Below are positions 57,329 through 64,000 of a stretch of 64,000 nt of DNA, piece by piece. The position numbers and the translations under genes are program-made. Each line of letters begins with the position of its first letter. Position 1 is the stretch's first letter. The notes beneath the pieces are model-generated. The model saw nothing but the letters and a program-made list of their open reading frames with translations, was not told the DNA's origin and did no database searches. This DNA is from Candidatus Tayloriibacteriota bacterium (GTDB taxonomy: Bacteria; Patescibacteriota; Minisyncoccia; Phycocordibacterales; PALSA-1337), in assembly GCA_016215455.1 (NCBI GenBank), contig JACRJP010000002.1, positions 151,622 through 215,621 on the forward strand, in the 5' to 3' direction.

Positions 57329-58399
57329 ATGAACGAAGGTAAAAGCTATACTATTTCGATCACTTCTGGAAGCCTAATTCGAGGTTTTCTTGTAATTATC
57401 CTGTTTCTAGGCCTGTTTTATATCAAAGACATTGTCTTGGTAATGCTTGCAGCTGTTGTGGTGGCTTCTTCCATTGAACCTGCAACAAAATGGTTTGCAC
57501 GTCATAAAGTGCGTCGATTACCTGCGGTCATTCTCATTTACGGAATTCTCGTCCTTCTTCTTGCCGGATTCTTCCTATTCTTTGTTCCGTCACTTCTCAA
57601 CGAAACAATAACGTATCTCAACAATCTTCCTCAGAATATTAGTATTAACGATCTATGGAGTCCGATAAGTGACAGTGGATTGTTCGGTAATACATCAGCG
57701 GTTAATTCTTTGACCCAGCACACATTTTCGATTAGAGAGGTTGTGAGTGCACTTCGAGAGGTTATTTCTGGAACAAGTGAAGGTGCATTCAAAACAGCAA
57801 GTGTACTTTTCGGTGGAGCATTGAGTCTTGTTCTTATTGTCGTACTTTCTTTCTATCTCGCGGTGCAAGAGGATGGGGTGGGGAATTTTTTACGAATTAT
57901 TACTCCAGTTAAGAATCATGATTACATCATTGATTTGTGGAAGCGTTCTCAACTCAAGATTGGATATTGGATGCAAGGCCAGTTACTCTTGGCGGTGATT
58001 ATTGGTCTTCTTGTGTATCTTATTCTCATGATTATTGGTATTCAACATGCGTTGCTTCTTGCAACCATCGCTGCATTATTTGAGCTTATTCCGGTTTTTG
58101 GTCCAATTCTTTCAGCAATTCCTGCTATTGTTATTGCGATGGGAGACAAGGGTCTTACATCAGCGATTATTGTAACAGCTGGGTATCTTATTATTCATCA
58201 GTTTGAAAATCATTTGTTGTATCCACTTGTAGTGCGTAAGATTGTTGGAGTATCACCAATTCTTGTTATTCTTGCTTTGGTGGTTGGTTTCAAACTCGCT
58301 GGATTCCTGGGAGCCATTCTTGCAGTTCCAATGGCTGCGGTTCTCATGGAATATGTAAATGATATTGAAAAGAGTAAGGCGCAGAAAATTCTACAGTAA
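57329..58399 (+). CDS. AI-2E family transporter
   Basis: WMQGQ, ELIPVFGP, QFENHLLYP, GAILAVP. Confidence 0.92.
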   Translation: MNEGKSYTISITSGSLIRGFLVIILFLGLFYIKDIVLVMLAAVVVASSIEPATKWFARHKVRRLPAVILIYGILVLLLAGFFLFFVPSLLNETITYLNNLPQNISINDLWSPISDSGLFGNTSAVNSLTQHTFSIREVVSALREVISGTSEGAFKTASVLFGGALSLVLIVVLSFYLAVQEDGVGNFLRIITPVKNHDYIIDLWKRSQLKIGYWMQGQLLLAVIIGLLVYLILMIIGIQHALLLATIAALFELIPVFGPILSAIPAIVIAMGDKGLTSAIIVTAGYLIIHQFENHLLYPLVVRKIVGVSPILVILALVVGFKLAGFLGAILAVPMAAVLMEYVNDIEKSKAQKILQ

Positions 58400-58410
58400 A
58401 CCTAACCGAT

Positions 58411-59850
58411 ATGTCAGTAAAAAATTTCTACATTACAACAACGCTTCCATATGTGAACTCAGATCCTCACATTGGTTTTGCTATGGAAATTATTCGAGCA
58501 GATGCAATTGCACGATTTCATAAACTACAAGGTGATAACGTGTTCTTTAATACAGGAACCGATGAGCATGGTCTCAAAATTTACCAAAAAGCCTTTAATC
58601 TTGGTCAGAATACCCAGGATTTTGTTGATGGCTATGCAGAGGCTTTCAAGAATCTAAAAGGAATTCTCAATCTCAGCGAAGACCTTCATTTTGTTCGAAC
58701 AACTGACTCGAGACACGTTGAGGCTGCACAAGAATTCTGGAAGCGCTGCAATGATAATGGATATATTTACAAGAAGCTATATCAAGCAAAGTATTGCTCA
58801 GGTTGTGAACTAGAAAAGACTGATGTTGAAATAGAGAATGGACACTGTTTCATCCATCCGAATATTGACCTTATTCTTATTGATGAAGAAAATTACTTTT
58901 TCAAATTCTCTGAATTTCAGAAACCTCTCCTTGAATTTTATGCGAAGCATCCGGATTTTGTTGTTCCAGATTTTCGTTTCAATGAAATAAAAGCTTTTGT
59001 CGAGCGAGGTCTCCAAGATTTTAGTATCTCTCGATTGAAGAGTAAGATGCCGTGGGGAGTGCCTGTACCAGGAGATGATGGTCATGTGATGTATGTATGG
59101 TTCGATGCTCTCGTGAGCTATATTTCAACACTAGGATGGCCAAAGGATACTGCATCATTTGAACAGTGGTGGGTTTCTACTGGTGGTGTAGTCCAGTATT
59201 GTGGTAAGGATAATCTTCGTCAGCAATCAGCGATGTGGCAAGCAATGCTCATGGCTGCAGGGCTACCTAATTCTAAGCAGATTGTTATCAATGGTTTCAT
59301 TACAAGTGGGGGACAGAAGATGTCGAAGAGTCTTGGAAATGTTGTCAGTCCTATTGATATCGTTAATGAATTTGGTACAGATGCTTTGCGTTACTATGTA
59401 CTTCGCGAGTTTTCTCCATTTGAAGACAGTGATTTTACACTTGAAAAGTTTAAGGAGTCATACAATGCAGGTTTAGCAAACGGTCTTGGGAATCTCGTGA
59501 GTCGAGTTATGAAAATGGCAACGACATATGATGTTCGATTGCCTGATGTTGCTTTGGTGGTTGATGAAGAAAAATACACAAAGGCGTTTGAAAGTTTTGA
59601 GATAAATAAAGCATGTCAGTATATTTGGAGTCTCATTCAAGATGCTGATCGTCTCATTCAAGAAACTGAACCATTCAAACTCATCAAAACTGATCCAGAA
59701 AAGGCAAAGAAGATTGTGGGGGATTTATTGAGTCGGATAAACTTCATTGCCGTAGTACTTCGACCTATCCTTCCAGAAACATCAAAAATAGTTGAGGAAT
59801 GTGTTACATCACACACAATGCCTGAGAAGCCTCTTTTCTTGAGAAAGTGA
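58411..59850 (+). CDS. metG: Methionine-tRNA ligase (short form, no C-terminal tRNA-binding domain)
   Basis: YVNSDPHIG, GTDEHG, YVWFDAL, KMSKSLGN. Confidence 0.96.
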   Translation: MSVKNFYITTTLPYVNSDPHIGFAMEIIRADAIARFHKLQGDNVFFNTGTDEHGLKIYQKAFNLGQNTQDFVDGYAEAFKNLKGILNLSEDLHFVRTTDSRHVEAAQEFWKRCNDNGYIYKKLYQAKYCSGCELEKTDVEIENGHCFIHPNIDLILIDEENYFFKFSEFQKPLLEFYAKHPDFVVPDFRFNEIKAFVERGLQDFSISRLKSKMPWGVPVPGDDGHVMYVWFDALVSYISTLGWPKDTASFEQWWVSTGGVVQYCGKDNLRQQSAMWQAMLMAAGLPNSKQIVINGFITSGGQKMSKSLGNVVSPIDIVNEFGTDALRYYVLREFSPFEDSDFTLEKFKESYNAGLANGLGNLVSRVMKMATTYDVRLPDVALVVDEEKYTKAFESFEINKACQYIWSLIQDADRLIQETEPFKLIKTDPEKAKKIVGDLLSRINFIAVVLRPILPETSKIVEECVTSHTMPEKPLFLRK

Positions 59851-59905
59851 CGGAAACCCTCCTTTCTGCTAGACTTACCGCTAATATATTGGTTGCCATA
59901 CAAAC

Positions 59906-60913
59906 ATGCGACGTCCTCCTTTTATTAGCCGTTTATTGCAAAAAATTGCCCCTACAATAGGTGCTACTGTGCATTTGGAGCCTAAGTACGGGTATGTTGG
60001 CCAGATCATATATCCTAATGGTCATAATCGATATTTCCGTGCAACAACTCTTGATATCAACACAACCGGAGCCGCAAAGCTTGCTAAGGATAAAGGGTAC
60101 TGTGCATACTTCTTGAATAAAGAAGGATTTCCAACACCTCCAGGTGAAGCATTTTTTTCAAAAGAATGGGCTGAACACATTCGCTCTGATAGAACTATTG
60201 ATGCTGCGTGGGTGTATGCAGAGAAATTAGGTCTACCTGTTTTTGTAAAGCCAAATAGTAAAAGTCAGGGGAAGGGGGTAGAAAAAGTAGCGAGTAAAGA
60301 AGATTTTTATCGCGCACTTAATTCTATTTTTGAATACGATAAAGTTGCACTGGTACAACGACCTGTTGCGGGTAAGGACTATCGTATTGTGGTGCTCGAC
60401 AATGAAGTTATCTCTGCGTACGAGCGTATCCCTCTTGCTGTTGTCGGAGATGGTGTTTCGAACTTACGAGAATTGCTTGATAGGAAGCAGGCTGGATTTA
60501 TTGCAATTGGTCGCGATACTCTCCTTAAGAAAAATGATCCGCGTATTCAAGCACATCTTGTACGTAATGGACGTGAAGTTGATGCGGTTCCTTTGCATAA
60601 TGAGCGTGTCAGTCTTCTTGATAACGCCAATCTTTCAACAGGTGGAGAGTCAGTTGATGTGACCGAAATAATTCATCCGTTATTTGCAGATATAGCAATC
60701 TCTGTGACGAAAAAAATGGGACTTCGATTGTGTGGAGTTGATATTATTGTTGATGGAGATATAAGTCAGGCGCCACAATCACAACCAAATAATTATTGGG
60801 TGATTGAAATAAATTCTTCACCTGGACTTGATCACTATGCTGCTATTGGTAAGAAGCAGGAAGAAATAGTTGAGAAGTTGTATACTAAAGTTCTTATTGC
60901 GATGGGGAAATAA
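59906..60913 (+). CDS. Stand-alone ATP-grasp ligase (cyanophycin synthetase N-half/GshF C-half-like)
   Basis: DK, P.FVKP..SQGKGV, G.DYR, V.GDG, NLSTGG, GVDI, IEINSSPG. Confidence 0.85.
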   Translation: MRRPPFISRLLQKIAPTIGATVHLEPKYGYVGQIIYPNGHNRYFRATTLDINTTGAAKLAKDKGYCAYFLNKEGFPTPPGEAFFSKEWAEHIRSDRTIDAAWVYAEKLGLPVFVKPNSKSQGKGVEKVASKEDFYRALNSIFEYDKVALVQRPVAGKDYRIVVLDNEVISAYERIPLAVVGDGVSNLRELLDRKQAGFIAIGRDTLLKKNDPRIQAHLVRNGREVDAVPLHNERVSLLDNANLSTGGESVDVTEIIHPLFADIAISVTKKMGLRLCGVDIIVDGDISQAPQSQPNNYWVIEINSSPGLDHYAAIGKKQEEIVEKLYTKVLIAMGK

Positions 60914-60917
60914 ACAT

Positions 60918-61736
60918 ATGACACGTTACATCGATATACACGCACATCTTAATTTTGCAGCATATAATCCTGATCGTAAGGAGGTTATTGAACGTTTAGC
61001 ACAGCAAAATATTGTGTGTATCAATGTCGGTACTCAAAAAGACACATCTTTATCTGCGGTAAAGCTTGCTGAAGAATATTCTCATTTGTATGCAACGATT
61101 GGCTTACATCCAGTACATACAACTAAATCCCATCATGATCTTGCAGAGTTGGGAGAGGGAGGACAGGAGTTTACTTCGCGTGGTGAGGTATATGACGCAA
61201 CAAACTATGTTGAACTCGCTCAACACCCTAAGGTGGTGGCGATTGGTGAGTGTGGACTTGATTACTATCGTAATGATCCGGCATCAGCAGAGCTTCAGAA
61301 AAAAGTTTTCAAGGAGCATATTGAACTTGCAAATAGTGTAGGGAAGCCGCTCATGCTTCATATTCGTAATGCATATGCAGATGCATATGACATGCTCAAG
61401 CAGTACGCAAAAGTAAAAGGAAATGTACACTTTTTTGCTGGTACGTGGGAAGAAGCTCAGAAATTTTTATCTCTTGGATTTACTTTATCCTTTACAGGCG
61501 TTGTTACCTTCGCTGAGTCGTATCATGAGGTCATAAAGAATACTCCACTTGATATGATTATGTCGGAAACAGATAGTCCGTACGTCACTCCCGCACCATA
61601 TCGAGGTCAAAGGAATAGTCCAGAATATGTACCACTTGTTGTAAAGAAAATAGCTGAAATAAAGGGTTTGTCTGAAGAAGAAGTTGCGACTCAGATTCTC
61701 AAAAATGCTGAAAGAGTTTTTTCAGTCAAAATTTAA
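60918..61736 (+). CDS. TatD family nuclease
   Basis: IDIHAHL, GLHP, IGECGLDY, ETDSPY. Confidence 0.95.
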   Translation: MTRYIDIHAHLNFAAYNPDRKEVIERLAQQNIVCINVGTQKDTSLSAVKLAEEYSHLYATIGLHPVHTTKSHHDLAELGEGGQEFTSRGEVYDATNYVELAQHPKVVAIGECGLDYYRNDPASAELQKKVFKEHIELANSVGKPLMLHIRNAYADAYDMLKQYAKVKGNVHFFAGTWEEAQKFLSLGFTLSFTGVVTFAESYHEVIKNTPLDMIMSETDSPYVTPAPYRGQRNSPEYVPLVVKKIAEIKGLSEEEVATQILKNAERVFSVKI

Positions 61737-61877
61737 TAAAAATTGAAATATATTTCATATGTGCTGAGCTATAATCTCACCACAGTTCACTTGTGTCGCC
61801 TTACGCATGAGTGTGATTGCAATACGTCGTTTGGTGTGGTAATGTAGACCCCACGTGAGTTATTTATAAAGTTAATA

Positions 61878-61933
61878 ATGGTAGTCGAGTATTAGTCATA
61901 CTTGCTCCGCTTATATGGGCGGATTACTGCCAT
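61878..61933 (+). promoter_or_regulatory. Candidate rpsF leader (S6:S18 autoregulatory element)
   Basis: Three-way junction with CTTGCTCC just upstream of rpsF, resembling the Firmicute rpsF leader core. Confidence 0.5.
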
Positions 61934-61940
61934 CACACAT

Positions 61941-62411
61941 ATGGATACAGAAAAAACTATCGGAAACGATGGATCAAAGGTGTACGAAGTAGGTTACATT
62001 ATTGTCCCATCAGTTCCAGAAGAGAAGGTTCAAAGTCATGTAGATGCTCTTAAGGCTCTACTTGCAAAGAATAAGGCAGAGATTATTGCCGATGAAAATC
62101 CAACACTTCGACCACTTGCATATCGCATGCAGAAGAAGATTGGGGCAACTAATCATAAGTTTGATCAAGGATACTTTGGTTGGATTAAATTTGAACTCGA
62201 CAAAGGTTCTATTGAAAAGATTAAAGTAGCTCTTGATACAGACGAAGCAATTCTTCGACATCTTCTCATTACTACTGTGGCTGAGAATACATATCTTGGT
62301 AAGTCATCTCTTCTTATTAAAGAAGAAGGTGCAGCAGAAAAGACTCCTGATGCTGTTATTGCTGAAGGTGAAGTTTCTGTAGCGGAAGTTACTCCCGAGG
62401 TGGTCAAATAG
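61941..62411 (+). CDS. rpsF: 30S ribosomal protein S6
   Basis: YEVGY, LAYRM, GYFGW, ILRHLL; rpsF-ssb-rpsR order. Confidence 0.93.
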   Translation: MDTEKTIGNDGSKVYEVGYIIVPSVPEEKVQSHVDALKALLAKNKAEIIADENPTLRPLAYRMQKKIGATNHKFDQGYFGWIKFELDKGSIEKIKVALDTDEAILRHLLITTVAENTYLGKSSLLIKEEGAAEKTPDAVIAEGEVSVAEVTPEVVK

Positions 62412-62471
62412 GCGTACTGCGTATAGAATTGTAGTGTAAGGCACTCATTCATCAATTAAATAAAACGTTGT

Positions 62472-62936
62472 ATGTATCTCAATAAAGCATTCGTTATAGG
62501 AAATCTTACTCGTGATCCTGAGCTCAAGGCTCTTCCATCGGGTATTAAGGTATGTTCATTCAGTGTTGCAACTAACCGCGTGTGGAAGGATAAGAACGGT
62601 GTTCGACAGGAGAATACTGATTATCACAACATTGTGGTGTTTGCTAAACAAGCAGAGACAGCAGCGCAATACCTCAAGAAAGGAGCCTCAGTCTTTGTAG
62701 AAGGCCGAATGCAGACTCGTTCATGGGAACAAGAGGGTCAGAAAAAATATCGCACAGAAATCATCGCAGACCGCGTACAGTTTGGTCCTCGAACAAGCGG
62801 GGGAGAAGGTTTCACTCCAAAGAGTGATGGGGCAGCAGCGGCAGGTAAGGCTTCTACAAAGGAGCAGCCTACAGCTCCTATGGATACGATCGAATACCCA
62901 GAAGAAGAGATCAATCCAGACGACATCCCATTCTAA
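62472..62936 (+). CDS. ssb: Single-stranded DNA-binding protein
   Basis: NKAFVIGNLTRDPE, VEGR.QTRSW, DDIPF. Confidence 0.98.
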   Translation: MYLNKAFVIGNLTRDPELKALPSGIKVCSFSVATNRVWKDKNGVRQENTDYHNIVVFAKQAETAAQYLKKGASVFVEGRMQTRSWEQEGQKKYRTEIIADRVQFGPRTSGGEGFTPKSDGAAAAGKASTKEQPTAPMDTIEYPEEEINPDDIPF

Positions 62937-62967
62937 ATCTAAGCAATTATTAAGTTAATTATTCAAT

Positions 62968-63180
62968 ATGGCACAAGCAGCTAAACAGTGTTACTTTTCA
63001 AAAAACAATATTAAGCAAATTGACTATAAGGATACTGAAATTCTCAAGAAATTCATTAACCCTCACGGTCGTATGATTAGTCGAAAGAAGACTGGTGTAA
63101 GTGCTCGAAGTCAGCGACAGTTGGCAACAGCTATCAAGCGAGCTCGATATATCGGTTTACTTCCGTTCGTAACTCGTTAA
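62968..63180 (+). CDS. rpsR: 30S ribosomal protein S18
   Basis: IDYKD..L..F, TG...QR....AIKRAR..GLLPF. Confidence 0.97.
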   Translation: MAQAAKQCYFSKNNIKQIDYKDTEILKKFINPHGRMISRKKTGVSARSQRQLATAIKRARYIGLLPFVTR

Positions 63181-63194
63181 TCAAGAGAAGTTTA

Positions 63195-63273
63195 AACAAA
63201 AGAAAAACCGTTTCACTGTACTCAAAAGGCACATTTGCCTACGAGAATACTTTGAAACGGTTTTTCTTTTGTT
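63195..63273. terminator. Long bidirectional hairpin between rpsR and efp
   Basis: 21-bp perfect inverted repeat (63195-63215/63253-63273) with a further paired inner stem. Confidence 0.8.
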
Positions 63274-63279
63274 CAGATA

Positions 63280-63852
63280 TTATTTCCCAACTCGTTCACG
63301 ATACTCACCAGTTTCTGTATTGATGCGAATTACATCACCTTCATTAACGAACATTGGTACGTTGATGTTTGCGCCTGTCTCAAGAATGACGGTCTTTGAA
63401 CCCCCTGTGACAGTGTCACCCTTTACTGCTGGAGCCGCTTCAGTAACCTTGAGTTCAACTGTTATTGGGTGTTTGATACCAAGTACAAGCTCACCAAAGA
63501 GAAGGGTGGTGACAATAGAGTTTGCTTTCAAGAAACGTCCTTGGTCACCAACAATTTCTTCTTTGATACTGTAACGTTTGCTCGGATCAGTTGGACTGCA
63601 GAACCAGTATTCACCCTTATTTTTATAGAGGAATTTTGCTTCTACTTTGTCGATTTCAGCTTCTTCTACCTTTTCTGATTGGTGGAATGAATACTCGGTT
63701 ACTTTACCGGTAATGAGATTCTTGAGTTTAGTGGCATTTACCGGTTTTCGTTGCTGCTTACGGAATACGTGTGACGTAATGACTTCGTAAGGTTGTCCGT
63801 CGTGGACAATGTATTTTCGCTCTACCACCTCGTTATATTCAAGCATTGCCAT
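63280..63852 (-). CDS. efp: Elongation factor P
   Basis: KLKNLITG, PAVKGDT, LETG...VPMFV.EGD.I.INT.TGEY.ER. Confidence 0.95.
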   Translation of the reverse strand: MAMLEYNEVVERKYIVHDGQPYEVITSHVFRKQQRKPVNATKLKNLITGKVTEYSFHQSEKVEEAEIDKVEAKFLYKNKGEYWFCSPTDPSKRYSIKEEIVGDQGRFLKANSIVTTLLFGELVLGIKHPITVELKVTEAAPAVKGDTVTGGSKTVILETGANINVPMFVNEGDVIRINTETGEYRERVGK

Positions 63853-63947
63853 AATTCTTTGTCTTTTTACGTAATATACAGGCAATTCTATAGGAGGTTG
63901 GACGAAAAGTCCAATCACTGAGCCTTCTTTTGGAAATATAACAAAAT

Positions 63948-64000
63948 CTAAGCTACTGTTTCTTTGAGTTTCTTACGGATCTCTCCAAGAATTTTTTCAC
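63948..64000 (-). CDS. 3' end of a CDS entering from outside the window (possibly RecA C-terminus)
   Basis: Open frame ..EKILGEIRKKLKETVA*; too short to identify. Confidence 0.35.
   Translation of the reverse strand, partial: EKILGEIRKKLKETVA

Noticed and set aside
10195-61785. CCAC-rich words shortly after several full promoters
   Set aside because: Short motif at variable spacing; needs a statistical test I cannot run.
1155-63678. Many 60-140 aa antisense or alternate-frame ORFs in the track
   Set aside because: Nested in well-supported genes, with no motifs; expected shadow ORFs.
1-64000. CRISPR array, IS/transposase, integrase, prophage or reverse transcriptase/DGR
   Set aside because: No spaced repeat array and no such protein motifs in any long ORF.
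1-64000. Alternative genetic code (UGA=Gly, as in Gracilibacteria/Absconditabacteria)
   Set aside because: Conserved genes are full length under code 11, and several end properly at TGA.

Overview
Gene-dense, AT-rich chromosomal segment using genetic code 11, most consistent with a Parcubacteria-type CPR/Patescibacteria genome (inference from gene content: PilMNO, MYG1, short MetRS, alpha2 GlyRS, rplK without rplA, EF-P with a KQQR loop, very few Shine-Dalgarno motifs). It holds about 75 CDS, mostly translation, DNA repair, envelope and nucleotide/folate metabolism, plus six tRNAs (Arg-GCG, Ser-TGA, Arg-TCT, Val-TAC, Leu-GAG, His-GTG). No CRISPR array, IS element or prophage was seen. Main leads: (1) a thymidylate cluster (DHFR <-> CYTH-dcd-thyA-Nudix, then glyA) with no dUTPase, whose Dcd has Asn at the motif-3 Asp position, so the CYTH or Nudix protein may supply dUMP; (2) two promoter- and terminator-bounded, GC-rich structured intergenic RNAs (about 43060-43426 and 48121-48340) that match no family I recognise; (3) a -10 hexamer 5-8 nt before the ATG of many genes, implying leaderless mRNAs, including one palindromic -10 shared by two divergent genes; (4) IleRS with an intact histidine-phosphatase domain inserted; (5) a tRNA-His with a covaried non-canonical elbow, directly behind an HNH gene; (6) EF-P with Gln at the normally modified position. 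All calls come from reading motifs and base-pairing by eye; no searches or folding programs were run.
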